Part shown: positions 36,500 through 50,011 of the stretch, one piece after another | Position numbering within the stretch: the first letter of the stretch is position 1 | Layout of the letters: every line of letters starts with the position of its first letter | NCBI RefSeq assembly: GCF_964355755.1 | Contig: NC_092676.1 | Location: 2,919,788 to 2,983,787 of the forward strand | Reading direction: 5' to 3' | DNA length: 64,000 nucleotides | From: Antedon mediterranea | Taxonomy: Eukaryota; Animalia; Echinodermata | Program-made: the position numbers and the translations under genes | Notes under the pieces: generated by a model | The model's input: only the letters and a program-made list of their open reading frames with translations | Database searches by the model: none | What the model was told of the DNA's origin: nothing

Positions 36500-37446
36500 T
36501 TACGTGGTAATCATATTTCTTCAGCATGTAACTTGAATTGTTTTATAAACACATGTTTGACTGTAGACATGAAATAAATCAACATGAGACTAGGGCCTAT
36601 ACAGCGTTTGGTTCTATTTTAAAAAGAAAACATTTTGGCATACATGGCGTGTCATAACCATACTTTATCTGAAACCCCATCCCCATATTTCACAATCTTG
36701 ATTCTCCACTATCGTTCAACCATCTCTCTGCTATTACTACTCATCCTGTCAAACACCTCATGGCTGCTTTTTTTAAACTCCCTATAATATGCAGCAGTAC
36801 ATGCATGGTAATATACTAGCTATACATGCTTAATGTGAGATATGAACAGGCAAAACTCTCCAGACACAGTGGCGATCAACTCACTTCAGACGTTCTGTTT
36901 CCTGATCCGTAGTGTAAGCTTACATTCAAGCTGTGACTCAGATTATTTCAGAAGTGAGCAAAACACATTTTTATCAAATCGCAGTAATTTGTGTATCACA
37001 CCTGGTTTGGCCTTACATCAACGCCAGTTGTATTGTTATCAAATTCAATATACTTTCCAATTATATACTCAATAAAACTAATTTGATTCATTGTCCGCAG
37101 AGAATTCTGAAATATTATAATCGTCTTTTCTGTAATTGATGATGTAGTATTAAGTCTATGTACGTAATGTGTAGTACTACAAACCTACCGTGTATAATGT
37201 AAACAAAATTCAACAAAATCTCCCAATAAACTGTAGGACTTAACGTTAACGTATGTGGATCTGCTGATTTCGTAATATGTAAACTTATAAAGCACAAACT
37301 AGGTCTATGGAAATGGAAAAAAAAGAAAATCTGCACGGGAAACTTGAAGAAGAAATTCTCACCTTTTGATACAATTCCTGAATATGAATATTTTTCGTTT
37401 ATTTCATGCAAATAACTAAATAATTATTTAAAAACTTTATGAATAA

Positions 37447-37739
37447 AGCTCTGCCTACACTATCAAACTATTTTGACAAAAAAAAGTGTGATGTGCCCAA
37501 ATATGGTAGTTATATTCCCAAATATGGTAGTAATATTCCCAAATATGGTAGTGATTTTCAATTTCAATTTAACTTTATTTCAGACAAACTGTCCATATGA
37601 AACATATACTTACAACAAAAAAGAAAAAGAAAAGATAAAAAAGAAAAAGAACTAAAACAAAATAAATACATGACATCATCATGTCCATATATGAGCACAT
37701 CACATTTGTCACATAAAGTTTGATAGTGTAAACAGAGCT
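37447..37739. mobile_element. MITE family A copy carrying a ~115-bp LINE-like 3' tail insertion
   Basis: TAA TSD (37444-37446, 37740-37742). The insert ~37556-37670 reads ...CTGAAATAAAGTTAAATTGAAATTGAAA on the minus strand. Confidence 0.7.
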
Positions 37740-40489
37740 TAAGAAAAATTATACATATATACAGCTACCATATACAATTGCCATATTACTTTACCACATC
37801 AATGTATCTAGTACTTAAGAAATCAAATGTAGGCTACTGTCAGCTAATGTCATAGTCAATTGTGTTATTTTGCTCAAATTTGCATTTCTCATTATTTTTT
37901 CAATAAATTTTAGATTACAATAAATGATTGATTGTAAAGCATCTATTACTCCACTGTATTATTTTACTATATAGGCCGGCTGTGTTGAATATTTAATAAT
38001 ATTGGCTATGTAATGTATTAAAACAATAAATGAATGCAATAAAAGACTAACAAAATAAACTTTTTACAATTCAATAGCCTCTTTTAAGAGGGCTATTGAA
38101 ATGTAAACATTAAAATTGTTTGAATATATTTTAAACTTGATTTTACTGCTTTTTATATATTCGTTGTTTTGCCCTAAAAACAATTTTTTTATATATTTGT
38201 TGTTGAATGTAACATTTTACTGTTACAAATTCACTTTGACCAAAAATTTGATTAAACCAATTTTTTTGTCTAAAAAAGCCAAAGAAAAAAGTCAAACTTT
38301 CACTTTCAAACAATGGGATTAATTTCATTAATGAATTCCTTTTTATAAGTGAAATAATTTTTTCTTTATTTCTATGGAAGTGAATAACTTTATTAAGATT
38401 ATGTAGTTTTTATTCCAATTTTTCATCTTCTTTCGTAGCTTTTCTGAGATTTGTCTTCTTGTCTTGTGATTTATTAAAAATAAAATAAAGAACTTAGTTT
38501 TGTTTGTTTTGCAATAGTTATACGGGTAGTTGAAAAAGTATATTTGTCTGTCTGCCACGAAGGTTAAAAGGATCCTTTAATAGAGGTCACACATATTAAT
38601 AATAATAATGTTATATTAATTATATTATGTTATTATTTGTACAGAGCAAAAACATATACAATATTTTACCCTCCATTTGTTTATTTAATCAACTTTCTGA
38701 AAGTCTAAAAAAACCCCTCTCCCACATCAAACCTGGGACCATTGGCGACCCCTTTTATCCATGCTAAATATCCCAATGGGCTTCTAAAAACCACCAAAGG
38801 TCAAATTCACACATGTGCTTGGTCTGTAAATCTTGGGCCAAAATCAACAAAGGACCCTGGGATGAAAAGTCAATCTCACAGGATCAGAAACTTGATACTT
38901 TCTTTAATTTTATGCTAGTTTGTCATGGTAACCAGCAGTTTCTAGATGTTTATCTATAGCATGCAGAAACCTAGACTGGTCCCATGTCTAGTTAGTCATC
39001 ATGAATAGTATTCCGGGTTTTTTTTTTATGCCATGAAATATTATAATTACAAAGATAAACATGTCTGACTATATGAGTTTTTATACAACAAAATTAGAAC
39101 TTTGGTTAATACGAGTATGCTAATTTGTATGCTAATGAGCTATGGTTGATATGAATAATGATATCATTTTACGCAAATGTAGCGTAAAGTATTAAGCGAA
39201 GTGATTTTAAATTACTCTGGTTCTCCCTCTTTTATCTTTCCAGACTGATTTTAAATTTGTGTTATTATTGTTGAATAAAGATAGAAACCTGTTTTTGTGG
39301 AGAATAAAAAAAAGAAAACAGTAAAACCCCTAAAAATGGGACACCTTTGGGACCAAAAAAAGTGTCCCCTTAATATGGGTGACCCCAATACGGATGACCC
39401 CAATATGGGTGACCCCTCAATGGGGGGAGGTCATAATGTTAACATATAATATATTGCCCTGTGTTTGATTCATTGAGGTGTCCCCTTAATAGAGTTGTCC
39501 CAAAAATGGAGGGTTTTTTGATTGGATCAAACTGTTTTTTATTTTCTCTCTCCCCTATGTTTACTAAGATTTAAGTACAGTACTTTTATATTTGTACTTT
39601 GATACCGCAATACTAATATTATCATTTATTGTTGGTTTTAGCATTGTTTGAACAACAGATTTATCGGTCAACATCAGTAAATGTAGCTACAGTTTACGGT
39701 ATTGTAAACATGTTTACAATACCGTTTATGTTTGCAGTTGTTTGATTTTTGTATTTGACTGTTAATCTGTCGGTGGAATAATCCTTGCGTAGAACAATTG
39801 ATTGGCATTACATCATCATTTCATCAACCGATTTTTACATTTTTACGACAGTGACAAATGAACGGGTTACACTTTTCATTGTGTACTAAATCAATTAGTG
39901 GAAATTAAATATTTTAAGATACCAAGAGATCAGTCAAAATTATTCTACTGAAGTTACTTGTGTCTGGAACAAGCAAAAAGACCGGTGTTCTGGGATAGGA
40001 CTAGCATAGCCTACAAGCCCCTCTTGAAAAATACATCATGTATAGTGTTACTGCAGCAACTACTTTTTTTACTGCAATAATGTATGATTTTAGTATGTTT
40101 CAAGGTAGCGGTTTCTGAGGTAGTCATTGTAATAAACATACTAAAAAAGGTTGCAGAATGATTGTCCAAAAACAGGTTGAAGAGTAAACAAAATGTATTT
40201 AACTGCAGTTAGAATAATGATGTTGACATTGTGCCTAAGCCCATTTTATTTCAAGTGTTCCAGCAGGTCGAGAGAGATGGTTCGAGCAAACACCAGATTA
40301 CAATTGGGTTGTTGTGTACATATGCTTCTGAATAAACATTAAGCCACCTACGTTTGAAATACTATGGTCAACTGAACTCCCTCCAAAATAGACACCACAA
40401 ATTTCCCAGTGGTCAATAGTTAAACTTCTATTTTACTGTAGGTTTTCAGTTGTTCCTGGGTACACGAAATAATAATACACATTAGCATA

Positions 40490-40640
40490 TACACTATCAA
40501 ACTTTATGCGACAAAAAAATGTGATGTGATCATATATGGACATGATGATGTCATATCACTACCATATTTGGGCATACCACTACCATAGTTGGGCTCATCA
40601 CACCTTATTGTCAAACTAGTTTGATAGTGTAGACAGAGCT
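40490..40640. mobile_element. MITE family A copy
   Basis: ACACTATCAAACTTTATG ... GTTTGATAGTGTAGACAGAGCT. Confidence 0.75.
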
Positions 40641-43600
40641 TAACACAGAATGAAAAAAACACAAGACAAATATTCAACTTTTTTTGTAAATATAATTTAA
40701 TAATGTTGCCAGTACATTTTAAATTATCAACCAAACGATGTTATCATTGGATTTTACAATTTCCGATTCTCAGATGGATAGCGAACTCCATATTGTATAT
40801 GTTTTCACTATTCACAGGAAATCCTGTGTTCCCTTCTGCACCACTACACATGGACAACAAAAACAATTTTTGTTACTATATTTAGATAATGTGAATCCTA
40901 ACTAATCAATATATTTGCACAGATATTCAATAAATTAAAAAATGGGTTGAATTTGTGAGATTCATCATACATGAATGATCATAAAATTATACTTATATCA
41001 AATAATAAAATAGCAATAAAATTATTATAATTAGATGCTACCTCTATTAAGGAACCATTTTAGGACCATATTTGCTGCTCTTTCTTTAGTTACAAAGCTA
41101 TGGTTAAACATGGCATCTAAACATAGAATCTGTATTAATTTATTAATGCATATACAAAATCTGAATCCCCAATTAAGGACCACTTTGGTTTGGGACAAGC
41201 ACCAATGATATTTTAAAGGTACACTGTATTTTATTTAAGCTTGGTTCCCACTAGGATGTAACGCAAGGACGTAAACGCAACGTAAACAAGTTGACCAATG
41301 ACAATCGACAGTTCCAATAATCTATCGCTTGTGATTGGTCAACTCACTTACGTTGCGTCTCTAGTGAGCACCAATCATTAAAGACCAATAATGTTTAGGA
41401 CCACTACAACGAGGTCAAACAGTCATAAACAACCAACCTTCGAAAATATATAATTAATTTTTGAAATTGCAAATCATAATCCTGCATTAATAATAACAGA
41501 TTAATAGCTGTAGCATCAATTAATATAATTTATTCATAATTAGTAAAACAAAACCCCTCACACCTCATACTTTTGCAATTTGAAAATGGCCAATATAAAC
41601 TGCTTTAGATAATTGCTTTACCTATATGGTTTTCATTATGGTATTGCATATTGGTAATGACACCTTTATCATTTTATCACAAATAATATTCATTGAAACA
41701 GAATTTAAACAACTTTAAACAAGCTAAAATATTCTTGGTTAATTTTAAAAAATAAATAAATTTACATATACAAATTTCACAACTGGAAAAAAAAAATTAA
41801 AAAATTCCAGATCACTCTTTTCAAGATTCTGTAACAATTATATAAGAATAATTTGTGTTTAATGAAAGGAAACAAAAGTTATCTAATTTTGTTTTTCTAC
41901 ACTTTTTACACAAAAATCAAAGTTTTTCTAATATTTTTCCAATTAAAATAATATAGTAAATGAAAATCGGTAAACATGTGCAGTGGTGCAGATAAACAAG
42001 TTACGTTTGTTGTAGTTTTTATTTTACATTAAAATCTTTAGGCTTAATAATATTGCTGTTTCTCGTCTAGCAAATTGCATGATGGGAAACTTCTCCTTAA
42101 AAGGAAAACACCGTTTCTAACATTGAAGAAATCTTGTCTTCTTTTGAGTAGGGAGCTTTTTCTGTTTTTTTGTTGTTGACATCTCAGAATTTGTTCTTAA
42201 TGAATGATAAATTTAGAACGCACCAAATTGTAACTTTAAATTCATATTTTGTACATTTTCTACAGTGTCATCATCGAACAAGTCGTCTTATCTATTGTAA
42301 ATATTCAAATATAACAATAGAAATGATCGTCAATATCTGAATATGGACATTGCATCAAAACAAGTACTGTACCAAAGATAAGATAATAATTAATGCACTC
42401 TGTATTATATCTATTGTCAAATTACCTTACATCACTTTAAAAGGTATCCCTTTAAAATCAGTGTTTCCTATATGTTTACCCATTACAATGTAATTTTGCT
42501 ATCCGAGAAACATTTTTCTGCAACAATATATTTTGACAAAATTTAACATAATATATAATTTTCTGGAGATTAATTTCAAGACAAAACAAAAATAAACTTT
42601 ACATAACTTTACATAAATCTGTTTTTTCTATACAAAATAACCACCCTCTAGCATACTACATAAAGTCCTCTTTCACACTCTTTTAAACATTTTTTGTCGA
42701 TCCCTTTGGAGCAAAAATTTGAAAGCACACCGTGGTTAAAGAACTGTAAATAATAATAGTTGAAAGTATTTTACTGCAGTTACTGAAGTAATTCTAATAC
42801 TAATAATAATAGAATTACTTCATTATATGACCAGATTACCGATATTCTTTTGTATGTACAATAAACTTGTGCGTAACTTTTTAACTTTTAACTTTCTTTT
42901 CCAATGATTGTAATGTTGGTCAACCATTATTCTGTGTTTTGATCTGTTTTGTTGTTTATCATGTCAAATATTTTACACTAAAATACTCCATCATTCTTTT
43001 TTCAACTTTACTCAACGGTTTTTTTATATAAAATTGTATGCATAATCAACGTGGAAGTGAATTGAGGAATATGTATTCTTTTATAAACACAAACAATTCA
43101 CAAATCCCAAAAGCCTAAAAACAATTAAAATTAAATGCACCTAACTAATTAAAACTCCTAATTAACAAAAATCATTAGGATTTTTTTCTCGTTTTAATGT
43201 TATTAATTTTTTGAAAAGATGGGCTCTAATTAAAATAATTTAGAAATGAGTGCGACACCTATGCACAAAATTGTACACTATTTTTTGTAATTAATAACTA
43301 ATATTGTAACTTTATTTACTTTAAACAATGCTGTTAAACAATGGGGTCAAAATGGGTGTTTATTTGGCACTGTTGGCTCTCAGACCAGCTGTTGTGTTTG
43401 ACATTCAGGTTTGACCTTAGGTTAGGGGTCATATTGACAGTTCTCTACCAAATAGCATTATCCCAAAATAAATCTTAAATCATCAAAAATTATATAAAAT
43501 AGCTCCATTTGCATCACACACATGATTTTAACTTTAATATTTCCGATTCTTGAAATTTTAAGTATAAACTCACAAAATGTTTAACGATCATGTTTTTTAT

Positions 43601-43652
43601 ATACTTAAATCCAGGCTTTGGTTGTTGAGTCTTGCTTCCTGCACAAGACAGT

Positions 43653-44867
43653 TCATCTGCTCCCAGCGTTTACTTGTTTGTTCCCATGTACTTTCCCGTG
43701 GGCTTTCCCATGAGGCTTCTGTGGTATGTATTGACGCGGCGGTGGAATGTACGGCTTGGCTGAATAAACACATCCTTTTTCGTAAGTGTAAGTTGGAATG
43801 TATGAGTGAAACGTAACAATTGACTGTTGTTGTTCATAGTTAATCTGACGCTCAATGGTTGCTGCTTTTTCCGTGATTAATTGCAAGATCTGTCGTCGTT
43901 CGTGTCCCATGAGACAAACCGTACTTGAATCTACAACACGTCGCAAAATCAGCAGGTACCGATGTTTCATGACATTGTCCCCTTGAAAGTGCATTTGAAG
44001 GTAGGTTTCCAGTTTTTGTCGTTGCTGATTTAAGTCTTTGAAGTCGATGAAAAACCGAGAACACATATACCTCTCCAAAAACTTGATCTCCTTCGAGCTT
44101 TCTGGTTCGTAATTTAATGCTAACAGTTTACAATACTTCAAGAGACCGCCTCCTCGTATTTCTTCCGGACAACGAGTAGCGATAAGTCTGTGGTTTAAGT
44201 GTGCAAGCGCTTCAGTAAAGTCGCCATAAAGGCTCTCACCATAAACGGTTGGATAGAAGTGTTCGTACATGTAGATATCAGTGTCGGTGACTTTATAGAA
44301 ATTAAGTAGCTCATCGAGAATAATTTGAAAGGAGTCCACACTGAATTCAAACTGCCGTCGCATCTCGTCCACAAATTTCAACTCTACGTTCTTCCCCAAG
44401 TTGTTTGAGAGTGAGATAAGGCTCCACCTATCTTTGTCTGTAACCTTAAACATCTTGTTTACATAAGCTTCTTGCAAGACACAGTGCGACATACGCTCTT
44501 TACTTACACCCTCTGGTAGGAAATTAAGAAGTGACTCCAGCACAACTTCTCGAATGATACTCAAATTACGAGGGGCCGACAGGTCCACACGAAATATCAA
44601 ATCCAAGTCATTGAATGGAGTCCTGTTTGGATCCGAACTCAACACGAAGCTAGCAGCTCCTCCATTTAATCGGATACTATCAACAGCAACCCCTTCCCTT
44701 TCTAGTCTTTCTTGAACAATATCTACAAGGTCCAATAATTGAATTTCCAATGTTGGAAAGTTTCCCCTACCGTGTATCTGGATCGGCTCAATAAGTACAT
44801 GGTCTAGTCGTTCTACTTGGTCGTACGTTAAAACCTGCTTCAGACGATTCGGTGCTTTACTCGCCAT
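43653..44867 (-). CDS. TENT5: Terminal nucleotidyltransferase 5 (FAM46 family) non-canonical poly(A) polymerase, 404 aa, single coding exon
   Basis: Motifs IHGRGNFPTLEI, LNGGAAS..NDLDLIF (catalytic D-x-D), DRWSLISLSNN.GKNVELKFVD.MRRQFEFSVDSFQI, PEEIRGGGLLKY, RYMCSRFFIDF and STVCLMGHERRQ. An acceptor at 44887-44888 indicates a 5'UTR intron. Confidence 0.96.
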   Translation of the reverse strand: MASKAPNRLKQVLTYDQVERLDHVLIEPIQIHGRGNFPTLEIQLLDLVDIVQERLEREGVAVDSIRLNGGAASFVLSSDPNRTPFNDLDLIFRVDLSAPRNLSIIREVVLESLLNFLPEGVSKERMSHCVLQEAYVNKMFKVTDKDRWSLISLSNNLGKNVELKFVDEMRRQFEFSVDSFQIILDELLNFYKVTDTDIYMYEHFYPTVYGESLYGDFTEALAHLNHRLIATRCPEEIRGGGLLKYCKLLALNYEPESSKEIKFLERYMCSRFFIDFKDLNQQRQKLETYLQMHFQGDNVMKHRYLLILRRVVDSSTVCLMGHERRQILQLITEKAATIERQINYEQQQSIVTFHSYIPTYTYEKGCVYSAKPYIPPPRQYIPQKPHGKAHGKVHGNKQVNAGSR

Positions 44868-46336
44868 AACGTTTGCTCAGTAACGACTGTAAAGGAAGAC
44901 AAATGAAAATATATTAAAAGTAAAGAAAACGTTTCCAGAAATTTCTTTACTTTACCAGCAGTACCACACAAACTCAACATATGCCGAGTGAATATATTTA
45001 CGAAACTGTCTCTCTCAGCTGTTTCTGATATCTAATGACCAGTTTACAGCATACTTGAATATATATATCAATCCGCCTTTAGTCGCCGTATGGACATCAC
45101 AAATTCGTTTCATTACAAGTAAAATTACATAATACCTATAATTAATTTGTTTAGATGTTTATGTTAGATACTATTAGGCTATCGTTTGTGATATCTTTGC
45201 TAGATTTCATCATATTTATGTCCTATTTTAGCAGTGGATCTGAAAATTCAAGGGCGGTGAACTCGATTGAAATGTCTCCTTATTGGCTGATTAGCTGTCA
45301 CGGTTTATAAGTGCATACTCAACAGGTCTGGGATTGCCTTACAATCTCGCAATCTGGGAATTCCAAATTATGAAATACTAATTCATTATATTAAATGTTC
45401 AAGTGTAGTTTTAAGGCAGGGTATTGCGATTGCTTTTGTACTTCATTCATTCTTGATGATTTAAGCAATTTATAACCAGCGGTTGTGGATGCACGAGATT
45501 CAAGTTTCTGAGACACTATGAGTTTTAATGATGAGGTAGTTACTACATAATTCATTTATTTGGAAAAAGAAATTAATCGTTTTGGTTGATTTCAAAATTG
45601 CTTTTTTTCAACGTCCTACGTAAACGTAAACTTACATCTTCTGTGGAGTTGTGTATTGTTATCTATATTTATTGTGAAATTGAGCATTCCATTCTAAACT
45701 CATAAATTTCGCTGACATAAGCAAAAACCAAGGTCTACTGAATTTAAAAAGAGGGCGGTAGACAGGTCAAGAATTTCGGGCATGAAGTTTTTTTTTCAAG
45801 GTCTGGTATAAAGACTAGCAAAACTTTTTAATAAAGATTGGCACGGAAATGGACAAATATTTAAAAAAATTTAATATATACTGAATAATTTAATAAGCAT
45901 CCGAAACAGACAAGGACGTGACGCAACGTAAGTGAATTGGCCAATCACAAGCGATGGATTATTCGAAATGTTGCTTGTCATTGGTCAAGCTTGCGTTGCG
46001 TTTACGTCCTTGCGTTCCGTTCTAGTAGGAACCAAGCTTTAGAAAACGATCGATTGACGTTTTTGAATTTGTTATCTTTGTACCATAAAGCTTTCGTCTC
46101 TTTCAAATCTGTATTTTAATGGTTATTGCCATCGACTGGCTGTCAATCTTCAACGTTAACATTCAGTTCTTTATTAATAATAAGTCCAAAGACTTTATCA
46201 GTTGATTTACGATCGTATCCGACCAATTTCAATAAAGCGCATTCAAATACTATATGGTTTTAAATAGAAACAGATTTTATTTTCAATGCACTCGCATATC
46301 ATTTATTATGTGCTCATCAACGATGACACGAATTGC

Positions 46337-49300
46337 TGACGTCATCAACGCGAAGATTAATCGTTTCGCTTGAAGAAATTAAATGAACCTATAAGTTATA
46401 TGCTTTTGTACAGTAACTGGTTGGGTACAGTAATGCCACCTGTTCTCGCGTATCGTTTGTTACATTGAATATCTATTTTTAAATCTTGGAAATTGCTGCT
46501 GTGGCTATGCAATTTATATTACATGTTACACGCTCTGTTCTCTATTGTACTTAGATACAATGTGCTTTATTAAATCGGTTTAGCATATCAAAGCGTGTGT
46601 GTTATAACGTTACACCAGGGAAGAATGAACTTACCTACACCGAATATACTAAAACTATTGGAGTTATATCGGAGTACATCGGAGTTAACGACAAGTCCGA
46701 GTACTGTAGCTTGTTTCCAAATTGGATGCGACGCAATGACGTAGGTGCAACCGATGGTTCATCGCGCCGTCATTGGTCAAATTACGTGCGGTTCGTCCAA
46801 TGAGAAGCACCTTTTAACTCACATCGCTAGCTTAACTGCATTGCGTGTGAACATAATATCTTTCTTTACAGGTTTTAAAATTACAAATTCGCACGATTCG
46901 CGCGTTCACACTCTGTTTTCTATTAGTGTCACCGACTAGATTTACACCCAATTATAGAATAATTGAAACACTTTTAGAGGAGCTTTTCATGAATAAGCCA
47001 TTAACACATATAATACAATCAATTAAAAACGTCAGGGTGCTATTACAATTGCAATACAATGTAAATAAACGGGAAAAGAGTTGAAATTAACTCTGTTAAT
47101 CTCATTACGGATGTTTGCGTCATTCGTGTAAACGAGACCTAAGGATGAGGTAATTTGAATAGAAAGATTTAAACAATCATTGAATTCGATACAGGACATG
47201 GGTTTTCAATGTGAAAGAGTTGTTTTTGTTTAAACATTGCAATATTGTTGTTGCAAACTGACGATGGATTATATAACACTGTGAAACTAATTGTTAGAAT
47301 TGATATGTTGAAAGAAATAAGAACATATACCTAACACCGCAAATAAGTTATACAGAGTATATCCATTATTTTATCTGTGAAGCTGCGAAATTGAATTTGG
47401 CAATTCGGAAAAATTAAAACCTGAAAGGGCACTAAAATATTGATGGTGATAAGTGCTTTATAATATGGTATAGGCCTACAATACAATATGCATTGGAAAT
47501 CGAATTATACCTTAGCTTTTATAGGCCTGGACGTTATGTGTCTGTTTTATCCAACTGGTTTCGTTACACACAAATATTGCTTATTGTAGAGCTATTATAT
47601 TACTTTTTCTTACTTCAGGAGCAAATTGAATTTAATTAGGCTACTGCGCCACTGGCTATAGCTGTTGCAATTGTTTGTTTTCATACAGTGTATTTGAACA
47701 AAGTTTCTGATTATTAAGTAAGTTTGCATTTTTTCTGATTATTAAGTAAGTTTGCATTTGAATAAACAATCAGCATTATATTAGAAAGCGGATACAGACG
47801 ATAGAGTTTGTGGCGGGAGAAGGGGGATGTGGTCATAAAAAATCGGATTCATGGATAATAATAATAATAATGAAAGGATAAAAACAAAACAAAATTTAAA
47901 TGTTGTTCCGTAGTCGAATTCACTGTTTATATATAGATTAGATCTAGATACATCTAAAAAGGTGAATCGTATAACTTAAAATAACTATAAAGAAGTATGG
48001 TTGAGGTGACCATGCTGTATGCGTATTCGGCCTCCAGCCTCCAATTTTACTCTTTTCTTGTGTCGAATGCTACCGTACTTTCAATATGTGTAAAGTTCAG
48101 TTCAGTACACTAATATGACTATATTACATTATCCATTTATCACATACGATGTTCTATTAATTAGATATTATATATTATCTAAACTAAGAGACAAACAAGA
48201 TATAGATAACGGCTCATACGAACTTACCCGTGTCTGAATAAAATGTCCTTGTTGCTTGAATATTATTACTTTAGTGTTAAAGATGTATATCTCATATGGT
48301 TCCAGATGTTTCTATCTTCTTGCTTGCTACTCCGTATATTGTTGTTTATGTAATGAAAATTTCATTTTCATCTACAAACTCACGTAGGCGTACACAACAC
48401 GAATCATTTCTCAATGAGATGACGTCATGAACGCAAAATTATGACATCACAAGTGTAATTTACAAGTCTAACTGCAGCATTGGTTGATGAGATAGCACTT
48501 AGCACTTTGCATACTGCTACCGCCGATCATTTTCATATTGGCTATATTCTTCAGTGTATAAGTAGAGATTTCTTTTATCACCGGAAGGATACAGAATAGA
48601 AGATATGTTGCTGTTTATGAGAATTGTTTGATTGTGAAATTTAGTCAAATGTATTGCGCAATAATGAGAAATGTATACTCGTCGATTCAACGTTGTATTA
48701 TTAAACTTACTCATAACAATACTCTTACAGGTTAATCCTTTTTAAAGACTAGATTGGGAAGATGGGAGGACAGATGCACTTTTTAAAAGATATCTACGGA
48801 CCGCTCAAAGTAATATTTCGAAACTGAGAGAAACCCTTAAAACATTTACCTGTAAAAAAATACAGTATGATAATTGGTTCAAACTACTATGACGCAATAA
48901 GCAACGTACGCACAACGGTTTTTTTTTTATCACAGATCACGGATCTGTCGCTTGTGATTGGTCAAATTATTTACGTTGCTCGTACGTCCTTGAATTACGT
49001 TGCGCTTACGTCAGTGACGACAAGAAAGATTAATTATTTTCACTCAACATTTTTTGTTATTATAATTAACATCAATTAAAAATTAATCAATTCTAAAAAT
49101 GTTCGCAACCTGCACTCTATAGATACGTTACGGATGTACTTTGCAGGTTTGTATTCCTCCTACGAATTTCCGCCGGAACAGTTTATAATTGAAGTTTGAC
49201 CCACGATTTTCTGGCGGAATAAGTTTATTAATTAAAAATGATTGTATGCCTACTCAGGTGTTTTTCGACTTAAGGCCAATTTACACAGACGAGCGGTAAC

Positions 49301-50011
49301 AGTAATACAAATATAGAATGTATGTTATTCCTTATGACCATTTAAACACAACGCGATAGATACAGATTCTATGTGGGACAAGCTATATACGGTTTTCCGC
49401 TCGTATGTGTATTTTTACCTTTACAGTGTTTACTACTTAATGCCAGCCCCTCCCCCACTCCCTATTTCTAAGCTTATATAGCAAGCCATGTGTAGGTCTA
49501 TTGAAAAATAGAAAAAAATATATTTTTCACAGGTGGGGACAAAATTTAGGCCTAGACTTCTTCGGGTAGAAGGATGGAACAACGAATTTGTTGCTCCAAT
49601 GTAGTAACAAGACGTGACTGGTTTCTCATAAAAATATGTCCGATTCATTCACAGCCGGAAGGGAAAAATCTCCCAATTGCTAGGACATTTTGACTTTGGG
49701 TGGGATGGGAATGGGATCAACACCTACGACACCAGCTTAATAGTATAGAAGGATAGAGCAGCTTAATTATTTGTTACATTATACTCCAATATATCAGACT
49801 ATCAGTATCTGAAAAAATATCATAGAAGCAACCGTTAAGCCCTAATAGTACAAATAGATAGACAATATGTCCGATTATTGTTATTCATTGCTTCAATCTA
49901 TTTCTGTATTGTTCCTGCATAAAGCGGTCAGATAATAATAGCACAGTCAGATAACCCACGCAATTACGATCGATAATATTAATGTGTGACGTCACACAAT
50001 TAACCGGAAGT
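46337..50011. promoter_or_regulatory. Putative TENT5 regulatory region with three full CRE (TGACGTCA) sites and an ETS site
   Basis: TGACGTCA at 46337-46344, 48420-48427 and 49987-49994; CCGGAAGT at 50004-50011. Strong minus-strand donors (GTAAGT) at ~45635, ~46635 and ~48227 suggest alternative 5'UTR exons. Confidence 0.45.
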
